Shown here in pieces: positions 6,779 to 18,270 of a stretch of 20,000 nucleotides of DNA. Position 1 is the first letter of the stretch, and every line of letters begins with the position of its first letter. The notes below the pieces were generated by a model that saw only the letters and a list, made by a program, of their open reading frames with translations, searched no databases and was not told the origin of the DNA. The DNA comes from Catajapyx aquilonaris (lineage: Eukaryota), in NCBI GenBank assembly GCA_000934665.2, contig JYFJ02000087.1, positions 170,828 through 190,827 of the forward strand, read 5' to 3'. A program made the translations under genes and the position numbers.

Positions 6779-9700
6779 TTATGACGGAGAAAACACTCCA
6801 CTGGCTCCACGTGGGCTACGTATTCCACTCAGTGACAAATGGCCATTGCCCATAGATGTAGCTCCATAGCTGAACAACATTGGGAAGTACTGAATCCGTC
6901 CACCAGACCACACCTGCAATTAGCAAGGCAATGATAAGTAGCAACCGACAACAAACACAGTTCTAAATGCTTACCACAGCAAGAAGGGCTCCATTTTTAT
7001 AGTCTTGCTGAAAGGTGACAGTCACAGGATATTCATCTTTCTGTCCTTGGATGAAGCCGCTACCCAAGAAACCAATTTAATTTGACAGGATAACTACTGT
7101 ACCATTTCAAAGATGGCACTTTTTATAGAAACAATAACACGTGATTCATTAAATATTTTAAAATTAAATAATAATGCTTTTTCATACCACCCTTCTGCCA
7201 AAACACTCGAGCCCAATAAGGGCAAAATATTATTGATTCAACCAGTAAATGGTACAGTGCTGGACATATTAGCCATCGCTGAATGTTTTTTTCCGGCGGC
7301 GGAGGCGGCGGTGTTACCTGGCAACCCTGTCTGGCGGGCCAATTCAAACATCAGCCCATGGAGAGCGCTTCCATTGTTGCCACTGTTTACAAATCGAGTG
7401 AGTGACGCGGACGACCCAGCCACAGGTCTCTTCTGCCTGCGCACTCACTCACTCGATTTGTAAACAGTGGCAACAATGGAAGCGCTCTCCATGGGCTGAT
7501 GTTTGAATTGGCCCGCCGGACAGGGTTGCCAGGTAACGCCGTCGCCGCTGCCGGAAAAAAACATTCAGCGACGGCTAATATGTCCAGCACTGTACTGGTG
7601 TCACAAACATTTAAATATCTCACTGAAACAATAATATAAGTGTCCACTTACCAAGGGGTTACTTGCAGTACAGGGGATGTCTTGGTCCTAAATAAGGCAA
7701 CGAGGGTACTCTCCCTGAAGCATACTGCTAGCCTCTCACCTGACGGATCCCAGGCCATGTCTAAAACAGAGCCACCAACCAGACAACCATACCCAGCGTC
7801 CACCAGGGCCAAGTCGGCCACTGGTATTGCTGCTTTGGCCCCTCCCCCTTCAGACCTGTCCTCGTGTGGAAAAATGAGTGCATATATCAAAGGATCATTT
7901 GCAGTGGCAAAAAGTAATGTGGAGCCACAAGGACTCCAGCAGGCAGCGCGCAAGTGGCCCTCCACAGTGCTCCACCGCTCGTGTGTCCAGCTATGTGACT
8001 CCCAAACACGAAACACGGAACTAGGGGTTGCTGACAAGAGTCGTCTCCCATCCTGGGACCAGGTCAGGTATGACACGCCGCCACCACCAACCCTTGTCAT
8101 TGGGACACTTCGCTCAGTTGATGCCTCCCACACCACCATGGTTTTATCCAAGGCTGATCCAGTAACCAACAACTTTCCATCAGGGTGCCAACTAAGAGTG
8201 CTCACTGGTGAATGCCCACTGCGGGTGAGGAGTGTGACACAGGTGGAAGACGGGCGTGTCACAACAGAGTTGGGGTCAACATGCCAGAGAAGTATGCCTT
8301 CCCGGCATCCAACTGCAAGCTCTGAGGCAGACAAAGGACGCCATGCCATGCAAGTGACGTCTCGCTGTTGCCGGTGCTTTAGGACTGGAACTAGTGAGGA
8401 GTGCAGGGTGTAGACATGAACAGAGTCGTCACGCAAAGCCACAGCCATCTTTGTCGAGTGCGGATGCCAGGCGAAACTGCGGACTGGGCTTGAGGGCCAG
8501 TCACGCACGTGGCCAAACTCCAAGGACAAAGCTTCAGGAGACATCTAAAAAACAAAGGACACATAGCAGTCATCATTTGAAGTGAATAAGTCAGTCAGTT
8601 AGGTCATGCCCCTCAAAGCTAGGGAGTTGCCAACAGTCACAGGAAACTAGTTAGCCATATGACCATAGCTTTACACTGTTATACACACCATTAGATGTGG
8701 ATAGAGTGATGTATGTAGCCTCTGTGCCCAGCGAAAAAAGCTCAGCGCCTTCTGTGCAAACCATGACACAGCGCTTGGAACATCACCTTGAGCAAGTTCT
8801 TCCAGTGCTGGGATCATTCCAATCTCATACCTGAAAGGCAATCATTCAAGCAATTCAGAAACAAACAAAAAGGTGTAATGTATCAAAAGAGCATGACTAA
8901 CAGCAAACTGACTAGTACTGTACCACCAAGTATTCAGCTCAAGAGAGCAGAAAGAGAAAGACATTGTCATGATTATTTCCTGTCTTCTTTTTCTCTTTAT
9001 ACCATCATTACTCCATCTGCCCTATCTATGTATACCAGGGCAAGTCAACAAAGAATGAGAAGGAATTTATTTTTCGCGGAATACGTTAAGCAGGGTCCAG
9101 GTTGATATTGTGTTTTTCGAGTTAGTCCCCATTGAGTTATATGCACTTGGCCCAACACTTCTGGCAGTTGTGGAAGACATGCCAGAACCCCTTTTTTTGA
9201 CATCGTCTTCAGAACCACCTTCTTCATAACGGCTGTTGATGATCCAAAACGGTGGCCCCGCAGTACCAATTTCAGACAAGGGAACAGAAAGCAGTGCAGG
9301 GAGCTAGGTCCGGGCTGTATGGCACACATTCGATGTTTCGTTGGGTCAAATATTGGGCAACAACATTGGCGACATGTAGCCATGCAGCAGGATGCAGCTC
9401 AGGACGCTTTCGTCGGATGTGTTCGGCCAGGACCTTCAAAACTGCCACGTAATACTTATCAGTGACTGTTGTATGCAGGGACACCTCATACTGGTAAACC
9501 ATTTCCCGGATTTCGAAGAAGGTAATGGTCATTGCCTTTCCTGCTAACTGAACAACCTCGGCCTGAATTGGGTTATTTTCAGACTGAGCTCGCCTGTTTG
9601 CATTCGGGATCTTAGTGGTGAAGCCAACTCTAAACACCTGTAATGATGGAATTCTGGCAGGCCTTGCCATACTCCGCTACCAGACGCTCTCTAACAATGC

Positions 9701-10176
9701 AACAGGGTAACATGCAATGGACTACTACTTGTGTACATGTAATTGTTCCATGTCGATGACTTTTCTGTATCATACAACGCATTTTTTCATGGCTGAAAAT
9801 TCAGGCTGCAATGTGGGCCATGTGGGCACAACAACTGATGTGTCTGACGTACCAAGCATGCATGGCCCTCTTGAGAGGCGTCTCCTCGCTGGGCAGGAAG
9901 GCAGCCTTTGCGCTCTCCTTGGAGGCAGTGGGTCGCAGCACCTCCCTGGTGACATGTATCACAGGATAAGACCCCAGCTGCAACGAACGGTCCCAATCAG
10001 TCGGTTGAACCACTGCCAATAAACACACCATTTATAGTAGGAGGGAGGCATACCATAGGGCTGTACTTGGTGATGTCCGCCGACTCGGCCGGCATGAAGT
10101 GCATCTTCCCTTCCTTCTCGCAAACGGTCACCATCCCAGGCCCCGGAGGTTGAGGGAATCCAGCCAAGGAGGTCAT
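6779..10176 (-). CDS. AAAS: Aladin (WD40 nucleoporin), 6 coding exons, 500 aa
   Basis: Minus-strand exons 10176-10054, 9977-9853, 8830-8689, 8544-7652, 7059-6975, 6913-6779 are all GT-AG and in frame (1503 nt). The protein begins MTSLAGFPQPPGPGMVTVCE and contains FRWAQRLHTSLYPHL, VRSFAWHPHSTKMAVALRDDSV, CMAWRPLSASELAVGC, GHSPVSTLSW, MAWDPSGERLAV, PCGFIQG and GALLAVVWSGGRIQYFPM, all aladin-typical. Confidence 0.95.
7255..7592. mobile_element. Foldback Tc1/mariner-type MITE in AAAS intron 4
   Basis: TA|CAGTGCTGGACATATTAGCC...GGCTAATATGTCCAGCACTG|TA. Near-perfect inverted arms of ~150 bp (7255-7405 vs 7445-7592) surround a ~40-nt spacer. Confidence 0.92.
9035..9700 (-). mobile_element. Decayed, internally deleted mariner transposon in AAAS intron 2
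   Basis: Minus-strand frames give IRRKRPELH...VAQYLTQRNIECVPYSPDLAP (mariner YSPDLAP signature), then after a frameshift FLFPCLKLVLRGHRFGS, then WAKCI*LNGD*LEK (mariner C-terminus with stops). A TIR-like TA|CCAGGGCAAGTCAA starts at 9035. The high-coordinate boundary is approximate. Confidence 0.85.
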
Positions 10177-10535
10177 CTTCTTCGCCACAGGAAAGCTCGA
10201 AAAAAGGACAACCAAACCGACAAAGAAGCAACCGCCAATGGCCGCCACATAAAGTGCCGACACCTGCCCGACCCTTGTAACGACTGCCAGCACCGACACT
10301 GTTTAAAACTTAGAAGCATAATTAGTTTTTTAATTAGTTCGGCATTAAATTTGTTTAATTTTTAGAAACCGTTGGTGATGTGGCAGGAGAGGGAATGCGC
10401 CTTGTTGGGCGTAGGCAGCTCCTCGGCGCGGGTTTCAACCGAAGCTTCTTCTTCTTCCGATCATGATGATCGGATCATCAGAAATGGAGGATGTGAGGTT
10501 GCTGCAAGGAGCGGCGAGAGGGATGCTGGAGGGCC
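10177..10535. promoter_or_regulatory. Putative bidirectional promoter and 5' UTRs between AAAS and PXYLP1
   Basis: The divergent start codons are only ~360-410 bp apart. The interval has an AT-rich core (10301-10365) and the palindrome CCGATCATGATGATCGG (10457-10473). Inferred from gene geometry only. Confidence 0.55.
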
Positions 10536-10586
10536 ATGGACCGGCGGTGCCTGGGAGGCCATGAGGAGGAGGAAGAGGGGGCCAGC

Positions 10587-12160
10587 ATGAAGCTCACCAC
10601 CAACAGGACTCTCTACTGCTACCTGGCTCTCACACTATGGATATTCATCGTGGTGGCCGGTCAGTGCACTTGCCGTACTCACTGGTATGCAGCGCTGAAT
10701 CATGATTGTGTCTTGCTGCAGGTCTGTACCGATTCATGTACAGGGATGCCCTCCTGTCCACCCCGCATCCTGCCAGCCGACCCACTCTGGACAGCTCCAT
10801 CTTGAAGCCTTTTCTGCGGTCGGGAGGACCAGTTAGCACCAAGAGGGTGGCTAAGCTGTGTAATGAGCCGGACAGGATATCGGTTGGGTCAGAAGGGGAC
10901 GTTCATACCAATTACACCTTGGAAGGGGTGGTTGTGCTTTTTAGGCATGGTGACCGGGGGCCTTTGTCGCACGTGCGCAACATCAGCTCCATACATTGCT
11001 CCGGGCACTATGATCCAATGCTGCCTCCATATTGGAGCTACTTGCAAAATGCGTCGAGAGATCCTGACTTTCTGCGGTTCCTCGGACCGTTCCAGACGTT
11101 TCCGTTGGCACCTGAGCATGATGAGTGTGCGCTTGGGCAATTGACACGACTGGGGGTGTCGCAACTGCTACGTACTGGAGAGGTGTTGCGTGAAGCGTAC
11201 CGCTCCCGGCTACCTACATGGCCACCTGTTACGGTCACGTACAGCACCAGGTATCGACGCACATTCCAGAGTGCACTGGCATTCCTCTATGCTCTGCTGG
11301 GGCCAGCCCACGTCACAATGGTGGCCCTGCGTGAATCACAGGCATTGAGCTTCTGCTTTGATGACTGCGTTTGCCCTGCAATTGAATCGCTGCGACGTCG
11401 CTTCAACAGAAATGCTGCGCAGTACCTCCGATCACATCCAGCCGTGCATGCCTTGGTTCGCTCCTTAGCTGCAGCCATTTTTGACCATGGTGACCATGCA
11501 TCCGATATACAGAATCCACGTGTGGTGGAAGATGCATTGTTAGCATACCTTTGCCACAATGCACCACTCCCATGTGTGACTCTAGGCACGTGCATTAACA
11601 TGGAACACGTCAACAACCTACTGGCATACAACGAGTGGGAATCGAAGCAACATGTCAAGAGCAAGCCATTGGTCCGAAGTTTTGTGCTGCAGTCGTACGG
11701 ACTGGTGCGAAACATCCTGCAACACCTGCTGAGAATGATGTCTGATGCAGATGTTCCACGAGTCATCGCTTACTCTGGACATGACAAGACCATGCAATAC
11801 CTGATGTTCTCAATGGGCGTTTCAGATGGTTCCTTGCCTCCGTATGCATCCAGGCTTGTGGTCGAGCTATACCGGCACGGGGCTGCCTCACATCCTGACC
11901 GCTTCTACTTCCGAGTGGTGTACAATGGGCGGGACGTTACCTCCAGGGTTGCTTTCTGTCGACGCACTGCATTCCCTGTCATGGGGGACCTCAACATTGT
12001 TGCACCTGACGAGAGGCGAAGACAGGCATACCTTTGCAGGATCGAGAACATTGTGAGGTTCCTACATGACGACTACTTTCAACTATTCAATGGCACCAAC
12101 TTCAAGGATGTGTGCTTTCCTAATGGATTCGCAATGCCGACGAGATTTACTGTGCTTTAG
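10587..12160 (+). CDS. PXYLP1: 2-phosphoxylose phosphatase 1 / ACPL2-like histidine acid phosphatase, 2 coding exons, ~503 aa
   Basis: Exon 1 10587-10659 encodes MKLTTNRTLYCYLALTLWIFIVVA, a type II membrane anchor (an in-frame upstream ATG at 10536 is an alternative start). A 62-nt GT-AG intron is followed by exon 2 10722-12160. Catalytic RHGDRGP and SGHD motifs are present, plus GQLTRLGVSQLLRTG, YSTRYRRTFQSALAFL and PPYASRLVVELY. Confidence 0.88.
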
Positions 12161-14660
12161 TGATATTGACAGTGATCGAGAAACAGCCAGAAGGCAGCTT
12201 GATGACATTTTATCAGCCAGTTACCCATTAGTTCCCATGAGCTATTGCACATTAGGGAATTTAATTAATCGCAGCAAAGTGCATCAACAGTATTAGCACA
12301 CCCCATACCAAAGTAATTGAGGCTTAACATAGTGCAAGCATAGATCTGTTCAGTCACTGTAGAAATGGCCTTCACATTTTGTGTTCACCAAGTTTCAGTG
12401 AATGTAATGAACAAGTCGATCTACTTTCAGTCGTACAAAACTGTGCAGCTACCTGCCGCAGCACACGATAACTTTTGTCATTCCATTTTTAGGCTGAACT
12501 GTTTGTCAGTATTTTCCTTTCTATGCAATTCGATTCCACTGAGGGCATTGCTCTCTCAACTAACTTATGTGATACTGCTTTTGATATACACAATGTAGGC
12601 TGACTTTGACATTGCCTCACCTCAACCCTCATCCCTCACAGATAATTTATTATAGCACGCACTTCATGAACAACCTTTGCCTTCCATGTTTTTCCATCAT
12701 TTTTCTTATAAATGATAACAATATTCCAAATGTTGCAAGACAAGAGTTTCACCCTGCACATTTTTATCACATGTAACATGAACTGTGCACCACCTCTCCT
12801 CGTAAATAGGTTTTTTTAAATAAAAAAAAAGCCACATTAACTTGAAGGGCCACTGCCTCAAAAATTAAACCTGAAATGCTGCTTTTAACACGTGACCTTC
12901 AAACGACTAATGTAAGAAAAAAATTTAGTGAGGGTGGAGTAGGCATGGGCAATGCTTCTTATTTCCGTTTTCAAATACCAGGGACCTATGCACCACATTC
13001 CATTAATTATCTCAAGATATTTTGGAAGGAGTGGCCCTTTAAGACAACAAATGGGTAACGGGCTGCCTCACTGCATTACTTCAGTTGCCAAAAGGTGGTT
13101 TTCACCCGAGGGTAGAACGAGCAGCTAGTGTGGGTGCAACCCAAATTTATGCATAATGACATTCTAGTGATTAGCTTTTTAGGGATGCCTGACTGAGTAT
13201 GAATTAGCCTTTTTGTAGCCCAGTGTAATTATAACTGGGTTCATCAAACTCTATCCAATTTTCCTCCTCTATGAAGAGACTTTCCCTCCCTCCCGATCTC
13301 TTTTTACTGCATTGCAAATGTAAATAACGTCATGTGAGATGCACACGTTTGATAGACATATCTCTTTTCCGTAGGCTGCGGAAAAACTCACCAAAATACG
13401 CTTGAGTCAGTATTATTGCCGTGTCTCATGTCCACTATCTGGTTGTGCTTTTCCATAGAACGTCTTTTTTTATTTTCATAGGTACCACAATTTTTTATGG
13501 CAAGTCACCGATGAAAAGACTGCTTACTTAAGTCTGTGTCATGAATTGGAAGTGAATAAAGGAAGGAAGGCTTGCTAGTACAATCCCATTGTTTTATTGC
13601 ATGAAATTAACTCTTTTGCCTTTGACTACGGTTTCGCCCATAAACCCCCCGACACAAAAATAAAGCTATGAGTTCCTAGCGAGTCACTGGTCACTTTTCA
13701 GGTGTCAGCCCCCCTTCCATGTGGCCGACAGGGAGTGTTTTAAGAAATGACTAGCACTTCAGTCGTGCATTGTTAAGGTTCATTCCAGAGATGTGATGTT
13801 GGAAGTTTTACAGGGACAGATCTGACAATCGAACCAAAGAAATTGCAGGCCAAAATGGAACGAAAATAAGGAATGTTCCCTGCTTCATTTTCTTCCTTGC
13901 GGATCAGGACAGAAGACAAAATAAAAGTACTAGCACACAACAGATCAAAGCACAGCAACAAAGTGTCCAGAGCCAGTCGTACTTCCTCATGTGACTGTCC
14001 ATAAACTTTGTCATGCTGCAGGAGAGGAGGGCATTATATTTAAGTACAAGGGATGGAAAACGACATAACTCAAGTGTATGTAACAGTCTACTGGTTACTC
14101 TCCACTTGACTTGCTGAGACTTGCCCTTGTATTTTGACCATGTCAAAAATTTTATTTTCATTTTTTATAACAGGCCTATCATATGTCCAAACTTGTACAC
14201 ACTGCAACATTACACAATTTATGGACGTCCCCTTCTCTGCTTAAGCGCCACGAGATGTTGCGTACAAGATTGCTGTGGAAGTTTGGTCGTTACCACTGTT
14301 GTAACTTATTGTAACTTCCTCAATGATTTGTTAAAACTGTAGTTAAAATGGGAATGCCCAAAGTTCTACAACAATCTCGGAGTAGAAGGCCCATAACAAT
14401 TGGCTGAGAAAATGTTACAACTGGACTCTGGTATACAGGAAAGATAAATCATTGGAATGGATTTTGTCATAAACAATATTGAGTAAACAAAGCGTGGTAA
14501 ACAAGGCAAGGGATCAATTACAGGCACTGTAAATTGCACCTTTTCCCCAAACCAACATATTCGTGCCGTAAACGAATCAAAAAATATAGCTTTCTTTTCC
14601 ACTTATGTACGTTGTTAACTTGTGTCGTGATTACTGGCTCGTTATAGTTTTACCTCTATC

Positions 14661-17351
14661 TCAGATTCCTCCTCCTGTCCCAACCTCTCCAAAAACAAGT
14701 CTCTTGTATGTCGCATTCATCTGCTCCAAGAATATGAATGTGAGGACTGTGTGAGGCCCAAGTCTGGCATAATATGGTGTGAACCCTTTCCAAAGGGAGA
14801 AGAACCCTTCGTGTCGAATGACCTTGCTCAGAACATCCATAGCTCCTCTGTACTCTGGCTTCCCGTCAATGATCTTCATGTTCTGCACCCTGCAATTTGG
14901 AAAGGTGCATGCTGAGTCAACATCTCGTGATGCCTGCAACTAATTTAGCTCCTACGGCACAAAGATATGACATAACCCGTGCAATAGGAATTAATCTCGC
15001 CCAAGGATGCACACCGTAGTTTAACTCACAGTTTGTTATGCATTATATTTGTCTCTCCCAGTGCAATGATACAGGGAGGTACAATAAATGAATGACTGAC
15101 TGATTGATGGTTAATTAACATAACTTCCATCCTTTTTATGAAGCATTACATGATATTTAAATATCATTGCCACATCTGGACTTCCTGACAGATCAGAAAG
15201 GGCGCAAAGTTTTGGCGCACATGAACTCACCTAGTTTTCGCAATGTCTACAGGCATGGAGGCAGCCGTAGTGATAAGTCCCGAGATCATGCTGCTGCAAA
15301 AGTGAAGAAAGATTCCCTCCCTGAAGTACCCAGTGTTAAACAATATCTGCTTAGCCTGAGAATAGGACGCCAACTGAGCCGCATTGACCACCATTGCACG
15401 TCCCATGGTAGGAAGGGTTCCTCGCCACAACGTAGCCACTCCTTCCTCCTTGGCCATCCTCGCCAGAGCATTGACCACTCCAGTGTAGTTTCTCCTCTGC
15501 TCTGGGGGTAGCCTCCCATCTGCAGTCATCCGGATCAGGCACACCTCGGCAGGAGTGCCCACAAAGGCACCTGCACATCCAGCCGCCATTCCCAAACCAG
15601 CCTTCATGGCAAAATTGGGTGGCTGTCCTTGCGGGCCTGAGAACTGCTCAAACAAATAAGTGTACACACCAAGACGTGTGGTGGTGTAGGTGGCTTGTCT
15701 CAACAGCCCTGCAGAGAGGCCACGATACAGGCCAGACACACCCTCGTTCTTGACCGTCTCCTGGATGACCCTTAAGCTGGTCTTCCGCTCACCCTTCGTG
15801 CCCTCACCACTCAGCTGCATGCGGTTTTTAATCAGATCAAGTGGCTGGACAAATAGCGTTGCTGCCATCCTAGTGGAATAAGACATGTTACATAAGATGG
15901 AGGTGTTTACCCATGCGCTGAATCTATTTCTAGACTCCCCACTCAAAACACTTCATTGCAATCTTGGAACGCAAGTCTGCAGGGCTGTTCATTCTCAGAG
16001 TCAAATATTTTTCAACCGTAATCTAAGGCAAGTGAACCATGCAATTTTTCCATCTCAATGACCACACCCTGAATACAAAGCCTTGCACCTTATCTACCAG
16101 TGACACAGGGTGTAAATTTTGCATCAAGTTTTACCACATTGTAAAACCATGGTGTAAAAATGAGACTCACCTGGGGATAAATTTGCAAATAAAGGCGCAC
16201 CTTTTAAGTAAAAAAAAAACAACAATATACAAGTGCACCTTTTTTTTTTTTGTAAATTCAACCCTGGTTTAAAAATAATATGATATCCTAAATGTTTTAA
16301 GATGTAAACAAGAGCAATTTATTCCTACTAAATTACACCCAGGATCACCATTCAAGGCCACCATATGGCTCAATACTATAGGCACTATTGATGTCTATGA
16401 ACAGGCCTTCCTCCTGATATAAGCAGTGCAACTTTCCTGTGCTAAATTCATTCTGTACAGTAACAAAAGAGACAAAAAGACACCGTCATTTAATTAATTT
16501 CCAGCAGTATGTCACTTGCACTTTGCACAATTAAATACCTCTAAGAAAATGTGATAGCGTGCAAAAAATTTGGCATGAATTGTGAATTCACAAGCTACAA
16601 CACAGTCATTGTGTTAGTTTTTCATTTACTCATGAGAAAAATATTTAAAAAATTAAACAAAACAAAATTAACCCTGGAACGATAACGTGGCATCTTTTAG
16701 GACCCCAAAGGAATTAAAATGCATTGAAATGATAATTACACTGAACTTTTGCCATTTTTTAAAAGTGTATAACAGTAAGTGCATGTTTATTTTGAATTCG
16801 CGATCATTTTAGGCATTGTTCAAATAATTATTACATTATAGTCAATACATGGCAAAGTATTATATAAAAATTAATAAAAATTAAAATATGGATGGGGTCC
16901 TAAAAGACCCCACGTCACCGTTCCAGGGTTAGGACGTAGCTGAGGTAAAACACTGCCAATACAAACAATAAAATACTATTTTAATTACTGGTATGCACTG
17001 TATGTGGCAGGTCACATATCAGGTGCTTTTACACTAAAAGACAAGTGCACTTGAGACGTGGTTTCAATAGCATGTCGCATTTACATCAAGGTGACTGCGG
17101 CTGGAGAATGCCTGTCTCTCTAGTGAAACTCAGCGACAGGTCTCCATTTGCACGCGACTGTTTCCCTTATTTTTAAATAATCATGATGCAAATGCCACGA
17201 CCCCCGTAGCATGACCCCATTTTTTCTCTCTCTCTCTCTCTCTCCATCATCCCGCACCCTTTGATACTGACCCCGCAGACCCTCCGAAGACAAACTTGAT
17301 AGCGTTGGGTATGGCCTTTGGTGCAGCAGCCGGTGCTCCCTTCCCAGCCAT
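14661..17351 (-). CDS. SLC25A11: Mitochondrial 2-oxoglutarate/malate carrier, 3 coding exons, 315 aa
   Basis: Minus-strand exons 17351-17272, 15869-15231, 14889-14661 are GT-AG and in frame (948 nt). Three carrier signatures (PLDLIKNRMQ, PAEVCLIRM, PVDIAKTRVQ) and OGC-specific GLSAGLLRQATYTTTRLG, RAMVVNAAQLASYSQAKQ and WKGFTPYYARLGPHTVLTFIFLEQMN are present. Confidence 0.97.
16672..16928. mobile_element. piggyBac-like MITE in SLC25A11 intron 1
   Basis: TTAA|CCCTGGAACGATAACGTGGCATCTTTTAGGACCCC ... GGGGTCCTAAAAGACCCCACGTCACCGTTCCAGGG|TTAG: 35-bp TIRs with 4 mismatches, CCC/GGG termini, TTAA-type target (right copy mutated) and an AT-rich interior. Confidence 0.85.
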
Positions 17352-17999
17352 GGTTCCTTCCTTCCTGTGTGTGTGTGTCCTACGCTCTGTGTACACCACC
17401 AGACCAGAAGTGGCTAAATCCTAATCCGAGGGGATAAAAAGGCAGCACAGGTTGAGCAATGACGTAACCGGCGTTTGGCTCGGATCGTCTCTGGAATATC
17501 TCTTCTTCTTCTTCCCTCCCACCTGCCCTTGGCCCCTGCCTTCCTCTCACTCGCTCGGAGCAGCTGGCGGCTGGTCGGAAAGGATCGGGATTAGAAGTAG
17601 CTGGCTGCCGACTCGGAGGGAAGGCGGATGAGAACTTCGGGGGGGGGAATAGTACTACAAATAAAAAACGAAGGGAGAGAGAGAGATTCCCTCTCGGCCA
17701 GTCCGACCTTGTCCGAGTTGTTTCGAAAGGAAAAGGGTGTCATACCAGGGCTCGTTCTGGTCAGTGCCCGACACCCCACGGTCTGTTCACGTGGTGGATG
17801 GCCACTCGCTTAATGACGATGGGGTTTATTATTAGAGGGGAAAGGGGGGTGCACATCTTCAATTACGAGGGCATTACGAGTGTTTCCGGGTGGTTAAATA
17901 CTCGCCATGAGTTCATGAGTTAGAGAGTTTACAAAGGGGCGCGGGTGGGAACGCACCTTTTTGGCGCGTGATACAAATGGGGGAAGATAGGAAATAATG

Positions 18000-18045
18000 C
18001 AGTAGAAGAACCCCGATTATCCGTCACCCACGGGACTCGGGATGG
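18000..18045 (+). mobile_element. Possible solitary pogo/Tigger-like terminal fragment
   Basis: CAGTAGAA(GAA)CCCCGATTATCCG resembles common pogo-type MITE termini. No partner TIR was found. Confidence 0.3.
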
Positions 18046-18270
18046 TTGCAACACAAAAAAAGGTCAGATAATCCCAGGAGTAATTAAAACATGAATGAAA
18101 CAAACAAAAAATCAAACATATAACGTAGACTAAGAAATTTTCTAACAAATAGCGAAGCATTTATCTTTTACATACACACTCTACTGTACTGCATTTACAA
18201 TTTAACTAAGGCAATCTGAAACAAATGCTTAGTGCATTATAGTATTTAATGAGAAAAATATATTTATTGT

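Noticed and set aside
7113..7647. Similar peptides encoded on opposite strands (116 aa + and 86 aa -)
   Set aside because: Artefact of the palindromic MITE.
7640..8413. 257-aa plus-strand ORF
   Set aside because: Antisense shadow of AAAS exon 4 with no recognisable motifs.
10863..12056. Several overlapping alternative-frame and antisense ORFs inside PXYLP1
   Set aside because: Expected shadows of a GC-rich coding exon with no independent evidence.
16060..16345. Scattered CAGGGTGTAAAT / ATTACACCCAGG inverted motifs
   Set aside because: Possibly an old MITE remnant, but termini and TSD cannot be defined.
17570..17830. GC-rich stretch with small hairpins (GGGTGTC/GACACCC) upstream of SLC25A11; considered as a ribozyme or the LINE 5' UTR
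   Set aside because: No convincing ribozyme topology, and it is separated from the LINE by unrelated AT-rich sequence. More likely promoter or UTR sequence.
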